From Chrysomallon squamiferum (Eukaryota > Animalia > Mollusca), in NCBI GenBank assembly GCA_012295275.1, contig CM022667.1, positions 18,538,001 through 18,602,000 of the forward strand: a stretch of DNA of 64,000 bases, read 5' to 3'. This document shows, piece by piece, positions 13,863-26,793 of the stretch. The translations under genes and the position numbers were made by a program. Below the pieces are notes generated by a model that saw only the letters and a program-made list of their open reading frames with translations, did no database searches and was not told the DNA's origin. Numbering within the stretch: position 1 is the first letter of the stretch; each line of letters opens with the position of its first letter.

Positions 13863-16800
13863 ATGTTTATTTATTTATTAAATGATACAAGTTAATTAAA
13901 TACTTTACTAATTATTTTATTTATTTATTTATTTATTGATTTATCTGTTATTTAATTTGTTTATTGTGAACATTTGTAAAGACGTAGTAAAGTTAAAAGT
14001 GAAACACGCAGGTTGGTCTACATCAACAGATGTAACTTATATACACAGTTACAAATAAACAACTGCGTGAATAAATCTAACCTGTCGTCCAGAAGACCCT
14101 TGATTAGTTTAACTTGCAACCATGTAATTTAAACCTAAATAAATAAGCCATGAAGGACCGCACGCTGATACAAAAATTTGGTTAATTCTGAGTTTATCTG
14201 TACTCGGCTCTAACGCCCAGCTTTCACTTTTTCTATTGTTCCTTTATTCCAGTAGTCTCACAATTCAGACAGCTAACAAAATTAAAACTTACAATCTCGT
14301 GTTCTGAAATGTGAGCGCTTTATGTGTGTTTGTGGTTGCAGACATAATTTTTGGCATCATTCCATCAATGCTTGCATCATTTTTATTAATGGCGTGGATA
14401 AAGCATGTAATTTCAACACAGTAAGTCTCAGAAGAAATACGATGTTGTTTGAGTGAACTCTATTATTTAAGGAACAATATATATTTTTTTTTTTGCGACG
14501 GACACGCCCGCTGACCTGTCAGAAAGCGTGCCCGTCGCAGACGTGCTTCACAACAGCTTGCTCTGATTAGCACGTTAATTTTTTTCCATTCCATTCCATA
14601 TTTTATTTTCGGGGTACATGCCTGTGCAAATGTGTATTTATGATACTTTATTAAAACTGTTTTTAAAATATAATTGTTTTTTAGAGTGCCATTACTAATA
14701 ACGTTCATATGTTAAATGAAATCACAGATACAGTGGAAGAAGAAATATCGAGGTACATGTTCATTGATTTAGTGGACGTAACGGCCATGATGTATGAGTA
14801 ATGTGTCAATATAATTATGATAAAACTGATTAAACTTAATCAGAATAATCTTACTAATCTGCCAAAGTTCAAAGTAAATGTGTCTACTTCACAGAGTCAG
14901 GGAGAAGAAATATGCTTCAGTGTGTGTGTGTGTGTGTGTGTGTCTGTATGTGTGTGTCTCTGTGTGTGTGTGTGACAGAGAGTTAATTAATGCATTGTAA
15001 TGAATGTGTGTGTATGTCTGAGTAGTGTATGTATATTTGTTGTAAATATGTTTTTGATAGAGAATCATACATATGAGTGTATGAGAGAGAAAGTGTGTTT
15101 CTGTGCGTATCTGTGTATTTCTATGCGTGTTTTTACATAGGTCTTCAATTATCAGTATTGTTTACATGATCACAGCTGTGAAAAGCGCAAGACAAAATAA
15201 TATAGTTGATTATGGTATAAACTTCGATAATAGGCAATAATTGTCTAAAATATCGGCTAAGTATGAAATCATGTAAACAGTTTAGACCAGGCTTAACATG
15301 AACAGGCAAAGATAAGTAGTGGAGCGGTTAAGTAGAATTATCTATCATTAGCAATTATTTCTCGTTTTAGTGGAAATAATACCAGCATATCAATAACAAA
15401 AAAAGAATAAGGCAATTTTGACTAAATGAATGATTAATTAAGCGTTATTTTAAGAACTAACTGCTAAATAATTTTTTAAATACAAAAACTGATGTAATGC
15501 AGAAAGAGGAATATAAAAATTAAAAGATTTCCTAAATATTTGTTTTGCTGTAGATCGCTCTTTAAGTTGTAGATCACACCCCAAAGTAGTTTCATGACGA
15601 GTAGATCACACGCCAGATTTTTATCATTTTATTTATTTTATATATGCATGTGCGTGCGTGCGTGCGTGTGTGTGTATATATTTTATTTAAACCTAGCTTT
15701 CCCGCCTCGAAATCTTTGTAACTTTTTGTTTATATTTTCTACTTTACTTATTTATTTATTTATTTATTTATTTTATCAAAAATAAACAATATACTAATTT
15801 TTATGATTGGAATTTTTAAAAAGAGAACGAACTTAATCAGTAACTGCTGCGATGTTGGCTGAGAATAACGTCTGCGATGATATTCAAAATACCATTTTTT
15901 CACTACTGTTTTTAAAACAGAATAAATTTTTTCCACTTAAAATGTTAATTCCTATAATTGCTAGTAATTAGACAGAGTTTCTACAAGGACGAACGAAAAC
16001 AAATTGCAATATTAAACTAGTGGTGTCAAGAAGCAATTTACAAAAATGCGTAAAGAAAATGTTACTATTTTTGTCGTAGTAACAATAATTTCTTAGCTCT
16101 ACAGTTCAGGCCAAAGCAATAAACATTAGAATTTCTTTAATTATTTATGCAATTAGCAGTTGTTTTTGTGATATATCATCTTGTACAGACAATCACAATA
16201 AATCTCTCAGTGCGTAACGAAATACCAGTGTCCAATCAAATTCACGCTAAAATGATCAAATAAAATAAAATGAATTTGTGAATTCGATTTTCACCCGTCC
16301 ATTCCACTGTAAGTGTGTAAGAAATTCTTATCAGAATAATTTCTTTCAATACAAGCATCAAAGAGACAGTTTGTACAGAAGAACCAATTAAAGATTTGAC
16401 CCAATGAAAATAAGAGAGATCGTCAAGCCGAAATTTGTTAAAATGTCACAGCTTCTCGTCCAGCTCTAAACCAAACACACACTCATACTCAATTCAAAAT
16501 GCTTAAAAATTAATTTTCGGATAATTTATTTTATGGTAATTTGACATGGAGAATTATGCTTTTTAGTATTTATTGTTACTTTTATTTATTTATTTATTTA
16601 TTGGTATACTGAAATGGTTGTTTGGTTGTTTATTTATTCCTATTTAGCAATATTATTTCCGTTTATTTTAAAATTAATTTCAATTTTGGTTATTTATACA
16701 TTAATAAGAATTAACCTTTTAAAGCTATATTTTAAAAACAGTTAATGATGATTCCAGAATATATGTTGAAAGTAAACTAACTCGGCCGTAAAATTAATTA

Positions 16801-17330
16801 ATGTCAAATAAAACTCTTTTAAAGTAAAGATAATTACGAAGTCAAATAAAACTCATTGAGAATAGGAATAATAATCTTTGGTTCAAACAAAATTCTTTGG
16901 AACGCAGAAAATTATATCGTTTGGAAAACACAAACCAACAAAATATTTTAAAACTGTTTTTAGAGTTGATACATTAGTCTCTTAGAAAGCAGTTTAATAG
17001 TAATCGAGACAATTTTAGAAATCTATTGTCACAGCTGTCGGGAATTATAACAAAGAACAAAGCTGTTTAACTATAAATCTGTTATGCCTAACAAAAGCAG
17101 TTGACTTGATCATCTTGACTGAAGCCCCGAGGCCTTATAAACAACATTTATTGGCAGTTAGTTGTTAGTGGCAACAGAAAAAGAATATAGCTTAACAAAA
17201 ACAGAATAGGACAGAATAGCGAGTGGCTAATCACTTGACCACCGTTTGACGTATGACCAGGTTTTGTGTGACCCAGTTTTATTTTAGTCCATCTGTTCTG
17301 AAAAATTCATTGTCGTACAAATTACTGCGA

Positions 17331-17380
<50 letters not shown>

Positions 17381-17428
17381 TAAAATAAAATAAAATAAAA
17401 TAAAATAAAAAATAAATAAATAAAATAA
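17331..17428. repeat. (AAT)n/(AAAAT)n microsatellite
   Basis: Direct reading. Confidence 0.95.
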
Positions 17429-17655
17429 ACCTTTTATTTTTCTCAGAATAAACATTTTTCTGTAACATTACCTAATCTGATTTATTAGATTAATCTATCT
17501 CGCTTTTTCTGTGTGTTAATCTATTTGTCTTAGTGTATTTTTGTGTTTTTAGCTTATTGAAATAATATTTATCTTCTGAATGATGAATAGATTCTAAATA
17601 TCAAGTTTAGCTGCATAATTTGTTTTTAATAAAGCAAAACAACAACAACAACAAC

Positions 17656-17688
<33 letters not shown>

Positions 17689-20600
17689 AGAACGATAATA
17701 ATAATGGCATTTTTATTTCGATACGTGAAACAACTAATGTGTCATATGTTTATCAGGAATGTCAGACTGCATTTAAGAAAGGAAAGGCATTATGATGAGG
17801 GATATAGTTTGAATTAAATATCGAAACTCTCTTTTAGTTAACGTACAAAGTGAAATAAAACTATATAAAAGGGTATAAAATGAAAATTTTGATGTTTAAA
17901 GTTATCAAAACATCTCAGAATCTGCTGGAACTATAACATTATAAACTTCATACTTCTGGACCACTATACCAAAAGGAAAAGAGAACATACAAAATGTGCA
18001 GGTTTAGCAATTTAACCAGTGACACAATCAGCTGACATCATTACCTATAGCCGGTAGCTATAGATAATAAACAGTACATATTTGTTTTGCTGCTGATGCA
18101 GAAGTAAAACTGATTCTCTCAAGTTATTATAGTTTAAACATTAAGTTAAGTATGTAATAACTAAATAATTCAAGATTTTTATATATCGTTCACCAATTCT
18201 ACAACACACACAAAAAAAAAAAAAACCACGAAAAACAATAAACAGAATAAAGAAAAGAAAAAAAACGAGCAACAACAACCGATTGTAATTGTTTACTGAA
18301 AAACATTATGGCGACGACCTGTCTAGCTAGACTGGTGTTAAATTTTTAAATATGGCGCGATATGCACGTTTCTCATATACGTAACGTCGTTTTCGTTTGT
18401 TCTTTGATCCAAATGCAGCAGTATCTTAATTATCGCAAAAAGTCTCATTAACTAGTCATGTCTTGATTGCCCCAGTCATGATTACATTCAAGACCTTATC
18501 GATTACTAGCGAATTTTCCACTCCAACTTACTCGCCCTGAACCCCACTCAACAATGCAAAATTTCATTTATTGCAAGTATTTTGTTTATTGCAAATCTCT
18601 GCCCTATTAGTAATTGGTGAAGTATGGTGAGAAAAATATAAAACATATAAGTATTTAATGGGGTTGGCAAAAATAAAATTTATTATTTTATGTGCAGCGA
18701 TAAATCCTCTTTAATCTTATGTCAGCTTCATGTGTAAATTTCTGCAAGTTTCTCTCTCTGTTCAGTTTTGCATTTATTTATGTCGCTTTTTAAACTTATC
18801 TTTATTTCATATTATTAAATGGAAATCACTGACCAGCCTTGGAAAATAAATGTGTTTTAACAACAATAACATTTTAACGTTATAATAACAATATTGAGGA
18901 CGATGACTGATGATGATATTTCTGATGATCACGACAACGTTGACAATTTCTAAATGATACTGAGTGTTAATTATTAATCGAATACAGATAGCTTCTTTAC
19001 TTTCTTTTCTATTGAGGTTTATTTAAAACTTAGCTTTTTAAAATTCCTTTTTCCTTCTTCTTTCTTTATTTCTCTTTTGTCACTCAGTGTGACGCTTTTT
19101 CTGTTTTCTTTTTCGATTGATTCAATTCTAAACTTACCATAAAAATTAATTTCTTTCTTCCTTTCTTCCTTATTTAAATTCGGAATTTGTCGATGCCTTT
19201 AATGTTTCATCGAGTTACGTCCAAAAATAAATAGAAGAGACACAATAGCTAACGTTTCAGTACATTTCGTGTTAACCGCTGAAACCGAGCAGACGAAGCT
19301 AACATAATTTCGAGAAAAATTGATCGTTTCTTTGCAGTCTGACATTTGTAAAGATGAACTCACAATGAATGCTTAGCTCTATAGGAAGAAGATATTGTTC
19401 GGCTTGAGAGGCAATGTTTAATGGGAATGCGATTTATCTTCACACCAAAAGTAGATAGTTGTTATGAATGTGGAGACCATTTGTCTCAGATAGGCTGATA
19501 CTTCCTTGAACACAAGAACATTTTAATCTGAAGCTGATATTACTCATTCTAAGACACTGACGAAATGACTTATAGCATCCTTGTTTCGTCACCGTGATCA
19601 TAATTATCATCTGAATAATAATAACAACAAAAACAACAACAGTTGTAACTTCTAATACTACTATTAAATAATAATAATAATAATAATAATTCAGTTTTAA
19701 AAATAATTTATCGCATCAGGAACCATACTTACAACACATTCAATTTTAAATCTTATAATCAGTTTTAATACAAAATGTAATTATCTCTTTTTAAATGTTA
19801 ATTTGTGTGTATTTAGAATTATATTTACAAGTGAACTGAACCGTAAACACAGAGGCTGTTGACTTCAGTGGTAAGTTCACTACATTATGAGTATCTATAT
19901 ATGGATTGTAGAGCCTCTCTAATCACTCATCCACCCCTATTTCCGTTCTGTCGACACTCTGTGATTATTAATTATATGTTTTTGTAGCAGCAGATCAGTT
20001 GAATGGTCGACGACATTGGAGCTGCAGAACAGATTTGACATGTTCCTAATTGGTATATGCAAAATGTCAAGTGACTGGGTAAATAACGTGCGTTTGTAAT
20101 TGTTTATCAGCACTTTCTGTACAGTGAGTGTTCTTCTGACAACTCCGTAATTATCTAGCGTACGCGAAGCCAGCACTGGTCAACCCTTACTTCTACTATA
20201 TGACCAGAACATCGCTACTTAATGATTTTTATTATTTTTCTTAATTATTATTTTTTTTATAGCTTTTCTGGTTATATGTCTCAGCTCTTTTTCTGTCATA
20301 TTTTGTTTTGTTTTAGATGTATTTTTAAAAAGTATAATAGGAAGCGAGACAGTCCCCTCGTTTTAATATTATTTTGTTTCTCGTCTTCTCTCTTTCATGG
20401 TCTTAATTAAATACAATTTGTTGTTTCTTTTTTTTTTTTCTCTCTGGAACAGGGTCAAAATAAATAGGCCCACTGTTTCCTTTTCGGTCATAAATAATAA
20501 ATTCGATATCATCAGGTGAGTGCGAATTGAAAGAAGCATCTTACCATAAAACAAATCGTTAAAATCAATCGCAGTGTTAAAATGAACCTTTAATTAATTT

Positions 20601-20689
20601 ATATATACATACGCACGCATACACACACGCACACACACACGCACACATACATATAAGGAATTAAATTAAGCAACATACAAAATTTATAG

Positions 20690-21240
20690 ACCTATAATTC
20701 TGTGAGGGCTACCAATGATGTTAAAGATCATCCAAAACCTGGCAGACTAAAAGACGACAGTGCATTCTTGCGACTTGTTATGCGCCGTTCATGGACTCAA
20801 TCTTAAAAACAACAGTGGTTTCCAAGGAGAGCCGTTTTCTACAGGAACAAAAGGGATCAGCTAAAAGCAGGAGGATACAGGGCAAGCTCACAAAGCTTGA
20901 CTTGTCTGATATAATCGATGTGTACGGTGCATGGTTAACATTTCCGATCACAGTCGTTTCTTATTGCATATGGTGAATGATCTACGTGTAGTGTCTGGAG
21001 TCAAGGAAAACAGCTATGATTCCTTGAAAGAGCTATTGGCTCACATTTTGATAATTATCCTCTAGCCACAAATCCCATCTTCATGCATTACAATACCAGG
21101 CCTCCCAGATCATGTGCTGTCGCCCAGTTCTTGCAACATAACGCAGTTGAGACCATTCAGTGGCCAATCATAAATCGAGATCTCAATCCCATTGAGAATC
21201 TGAGTGGACTTTTAGGACAGTGAAACCCACCTGTCCATAC
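20690..21240 (+). mobile_element. Decayed Tc1-family (DD34E) transposase remnant
   Basis: TNDVKDHPKPGRLK (cf. DRPRSGRP). At 21077-21220: IFMHYNTRPPRSCAVAQFLQHNAVETIQWPIINRDLNPIENL (cf. FMDDNARPHR...WPxxSPDLNPIEHLW). No intact TIRs seen. Confidence 0.8.
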
Positions 21241-22694
21241 ACTGAGATTTTAAACGTCTGTCCTGGTTTAATTAACCATTACACGTTAAATAAGTATTAT
21301 AATAATGTACACATTCAGATATGATATTTTTCTATATACCCTGTAGCATTTATAATAAGACCATAACTTTTCTACACACATTTTACAAAATAACCGTTTT
21401 TGAATGTGATTAAAATTTTTAAAAATTTCCGCAGTCTAATACAATTGAAATGAAGGAAGATGCCAGTCGAATGTGCAATTTCTATGAGAATATTTAGCTG
21501 TAGGCAGAGCAGTGTAGAGGCAGGCAGAGCAGAGGACTGCTTGGGTGACTTATTTTAAAATATTTAATTAATGTTTAAATCTCGTGGATTTTTTTTGCTG
21601 TAAGTAACGCGTACTTGGAAAAAAGAAAAAAAAAGAAAAAAGAACGGCTTATTTCGATACCTCTCTCCGTTAGACACCTTTTATTTTAATATTTTTTCTC
21701 TTTCTCTCTGAATATAATCCATTTGAACAAAACTTTAAGAAAGATTATCTGTTTCTGTCTCTCTAGCACTCACTGAGTGTGTATGTGTCTAATTATCGAT
21801 ACCAATAACGATATATGTATTAATATTGTGAACACTCTAAACATGGATATAATGCCGCATAACTTGACAAAAACAGGAATTTATATTAAAAAAAAAATGT
21901 CTTTGGCCTCTTTGAACAAGCCGTGATCAATAAAATTAAGTCCGTTTAAATCCATTCTGGAACAACACAAGTTCTATTTCGGTATATAATTATCATTATT
22001 TCCTTGAAGCTTTCTCCAAGACGTGGATACCAATAATAATTATGTGTCCAGCAAGTTGCCTGTGAAAATACGCACGGTTCGGTTCACGTATAATCCTATT
22101 TGTTAGTTGCCCATGCGTGTATGTTAATGAAGAAGAGTCAGGGAGAACGTGTTTCAGTAAACCAGTTTTCATCAGCGAAACGTAAATCCACTAGAAATCG
22201 AAATCTAGCCATGCATTGTTACTAAAAACTGTAACACATATTGAAGGATTTCAGTCTTTTTTGTTTTTTGTCCTAAATAATCTTTACCGTTCTTTATAGA
22301 ATTAAACTTAAATCAAAGACAATTGAAATCTGTAATACTATGATTATTGTTGTTTTTGCTGTTTTTCGTTTAATAATAATTTCTGGTGGTAGTAAGATGG
22401 TGATGGTGTGGATGTTATTGATGATGATGATATTAATGTTATTGATAACGTTTGTAATGTGATGATGGTGGTAGTATTGTTCTCATCGGTTCTTCTTTAA
22501 TAACGCCTTGTAAATAATCTTATTTTAAACAGAATACTTTTGGACTGATAAATGAGCATTTGTTGAAATCAAAGATCAGCCGAATTGTGTTAATTTTTTC
22601 AAAATTAAACTAGAGTTCTAAATGTATATAAGCCCATTTTTATATTTTTATAATTAACATAAGATTGAACGACTGTTTTCTTTCTTCTTTATAA

Positions 22695-22825
22695 AACATT
22701 CCAAGGTTAGCGATATGATTAACGTTCCATGTTTAGTGATATTACTGATCATTAAATTTTAGCTAAATTACTGAACATTCCATAATTAGCGATATGTCTG
22801 AACATTCCATGATCACCGAGATTAC
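22695..22825. repeat. Short degenerate minisatellite, unit about 26-28 bp
   Basis: Recurring AACATTCCA..TTAGCGATAT, about 5 copies. Confidence 0.6.
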
Positions 22826-23099
22826 AAAACTACGTAATATTTATCGGTTTTGTCTTCTGGTTCAGCAGTATTGCAGGAAGTTGTTTACGTCTGTCAGACG
22901 TGTGTTTCTGAGAGGCAGTGGGTAACTCGCTAGCGCGGTTTCTAAACATGTTAATATTGATCTGTGGTAAAGATCTGTTATGTGCAGCTTTCAATGCACT
23001 ATAACAGAGTTCTCGTTTTAACTCATGTCTTAAGATGAAATTTCGATTTGTTTATGATTGGTTTTTTGTTCTGTCGTGGTTCCTTTTGATTCCTATTAG

Positions 23100-23290
23100 A
23101 TACGTATGTATGTATGTCTTTGTTTATATTTGTCTATAGGAATGAATCTGTGTATGTATGTATGTACGTATATATGTCTGTATATGTATGTAGGTATGTC
23201 TATGTGTATATGTAGGTATGTATGTATATTTGTACGTATGCATGTATGTATCTATATATGTACGATTCTGTGAATATGCCTATGTACGTT
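23100..23290. repeat. Degenerate (TATG)n microsatellite
   Basis: Direct reading. Confidence 0.85.
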
Positions 23291-25027
23291 TATACACAGA
23301 GCTATCTTTAGTTGTTTTTGTTTTTTTTAACTTTTTAAATATAGAATTTGTAATTTGAATGTCTCATTATTTCGTCTCAGCAGATAAATGACAAATTAGC
23401 AGAACGAGTAATACATTTTATGACAGCATATTAAGCCGTAAAGTACAGTATTTCGGTACTATTTAATTAACATTTGTTTTATATACATTGTGACAACAGA
23501 CATTCAATAGCTAGAACTTAGTTTTATCTATCCTGAGTCTACCATTTCCTTTTCCTTTAACTATAATTATGCAACAGATACAAACACTGTCACACAAATA
23601 TTCTCATTTACCTGACTATCCGACTCTTTCGTTCTGTCAGTCTGTCTATCTCTAAACAATAACTAATACATGACACCTAAACTTGCTTCACTTAATACTG
23701 CAAATGTTCATATGTAATTAGTATTATGATGAAAAAGAAAAAAACAAGTGCACAGAGAACCAATAAATGAACTGTGAAAATGAGTACTACAGAGCTCTAA
23801 AATGAAGTTTTATAAATAATATATGAATGCATACCTGATTTCTCTTCCCTGTTTTAAACCTGGCTTCTGACACCTTTTTTTAAATGTCAGTTTCATAATA
23901 TTTTTATTTTCATAAACGAAACATTTTTTCACCCTCGAACCAGTGAAATTAAAAGAATGTGATTACCATGTTTTCTCTAGCAGATGAAGAAGTTTAAAAG
24001 TCAATAACATAATTCACACTTTATCCTTAGATGTCCTTACGAAATGAATCAACGTTATTTCTTTTCTTTCGGAACTGCATTTATCTTATATGTCTGAACC
24101 GAAATATTTTTGTACTGTTCGCTTTGATATTCCTGTCATATTCCCTATGAGAAACTAATTTAATCATGAAAAACAAATAATAATTTTAAAAAACATAATA
24201 AAAAATTTATTTACGATTAAGAAAACAAATCTATACGCTTTGTCTTCTTTTGAATATTACCAAACAGTTTTCCTTTACTGAATAGGAATAATAATCCCAT
24301 ATAAAGAACTATATTCGCTTCAGGTGCAGTGTTAATGTTTTGAGTTATTAGTTACATTTTAAACGAAAATGTATTAGGACCATGTGCTACTGAGTAAAAT
24401 AACTGGATAAACCGACACAATTATCCAATACAAGGAGTATAATAAATCGTTATCTCAACGTAATATTTCGATATTTCCAGATACTATTCACTAATGCCCG
24501 CGGTGATATCGCGTCCTTCTGACCTGTTCGACAAATTATAACAACTGCAGATATGAATTAATCTATTTGCTGTTCATGTATATGACATATTTTATTTTGT
24601 AAATTAGTGGGGTATTTGCTAATATTATTACATCATTTCATGTTCAGTATACCTAAACATACCTTTTGTTGTTGACCATACTTTTTCCAAAGTAAAAAAA
24701 AGTCATTTTTTCTGTGGATTTCAATGGCTGCATGAAGATAGAGGATGTAAATTGCTATATTAAGGATGCATTTTGTTCTTATTATTATTAAAAAGGTAAT
24801 CTTGCAACTTAGTTCAGTTTCACTCAGAATTTATCTAAATTGCAAACATTACGGCACACATATTAATATGTAGCTGATCACAGATTCATAATTCTTCATT
24901 TAAAATAATAATTTATATTATTGTTATCTGCTTCGATTATTGTGTAGGTATAATGTATTCATTGCCGTAAATAATACCAGGTGTTGGCATTTATTATGTT
25001 ACACGAAGATGGAGCAAACTGGGAGTA

Positions 25028-25760
25028 CAGTGGTACCTGTCTTTGGCGCCCCGAGATGAGCGGCCACCTACGATGTACGGACTTTTCCGAGTCTCGATTT
25101 TCAGTGGATGTATCCCTTAGATCAGACACCTGTTGAACGCAAACACGTACAGAATTTTTTTTTATCGTTATTCCATTGTTAAAGCAGTTTTTGGATTTGT
25201 TTTGTCCTAAATAAATAATTTTATTTTACGGCAGCTTTATACGATATGTAGGTTTTGTTTTTGTTGAATCACAACAGCCCGCGATCTTCAATCGTCAAAG
25301 CGCGTAAGATCAACCCATATAGCACATAATTTTGTTAATTCAGTCACTGAACACGATTCCATAATTTGTTTTATAAACACCGCGTCATAATGGACGTCTT
25401 TTTTCAGGAGCGGCTGGCAGAAATCAAAAGTTCTGTCGAGTTTTAAACGCAGTATTTGCTTATTATGAGTTTTTTGACGTGTAAAACATGTTTTATTTAC
25501 ATCCATTAGTGAACTCGATATGTTTGCAACTGTTTTAGGAGAAAGTTGTGATAATTGCTATGGCACCGTCCACGACAATTTATTAGTGTTTTGTTAAATG
25601 GTATAATGCACGTGAATGAAGATAAAACATTTGTTTGTACTGTTTGTCTGACGACGGGACAGCTGCGATGTAGACACTTGCTCGGACCCACAGGTGGGGC
25701 ATTGTCTATGAAATTGGGCGACGCAATACCTGGGTCAGTTGACCAGTGCTGTCGCATATT
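25028..25760. mobile_element. Possible degraded Tc1/pogo-type non-autonomous element
   Basis: Begins TA|CAGTGGTACCTGTC...GAGCGGCCACC, resembling pogo-type TIRs. The block is richer in CpG than its flanks. No clean right TIR. Confidence 0.3.
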
Positions 25761-26639
25761 GGTTTTCTATGTCTACAATATTGGCACCATTGTAATCGTA
25801 TTTAGGAGAATTAAATTGTTCTACATGTTTCTCATTACACGTTTAATTATAATAATAAAATAATTCAGTCTCAATTATTCTGAAACTGATCCACTTGACG
25901 TATGCTTTAACAAAATGAACAAATAATCATTACAACTTTATTAAAAAAGAAATCTTATATGCCATGTTGTTAGTATGTCTAAAAACATGGATATATTACT
26001 TAATTTGATGACTACACTTCAAATCTGTTCGAAACTGTGGGGAAAATAGGATGTGTTCTTTTTATCTGGATAAAATGTGTGCTAATCAACTCAACTCAGA
26101 GTCCCAATGCATCCAAACACACACACACACACACACACACAATAAGTAACAGTTACAATAATAGTTTAACATTTATTTTTAAAACAATTATCGTAAATCT
26201 GATATCCATTCAACTTGATCAGTAATCGTTGTTTCAGTTAAGATAATTTACAATCATTACACTTAATTATTTTTAACAGATGTTAAGCATCATTCAAAAC
26301 TTAACATTTTATAATAATAATAATAATAATAGCAACGTCTTTTTTTTTAATAAGCAAGTGAACGTGTCAGTCAAAAATGTTAAAAGCTAATCCAGTTTTT
26401 CCAAATAAATTTTAATTATCAAGGATCTCTGATACTAACCTGAATGTATCTTACCAAAATACTAATTCAGGTTTTTATTTTAATATAGATGATAAATCCT
26501 TTCATTGATAATAATTATAAAACTGTATTGACATCTATCTTTCTGACTGTTATTTGGAATCATAAAGTTGCAGTACCAAGATTTTAATCAGACATACAGA
26601 ACCAATATATACCAGATACACATATAGAATTAAAAACTG

Positions 26640-26753
26640 TCATAATTTGCTAGATGATGGAACTGGTGAGGAAACAAGTGATGGAAATCCATTGTCAAAA
26701 GCAGCATTTAAAACATCTTCAAGTTGGTTTACCAAAATAATACTTAATTCTTT

Positions 26754-26793
<40 letters not shown>

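Noticed and set aside
19851-19918. Short inverted repeat enclosing an A-box-like CAGTGGTAAG (tRNA or SINE?)
   Set aside because: No B-box (GTTCRA) and no cloverleaf.
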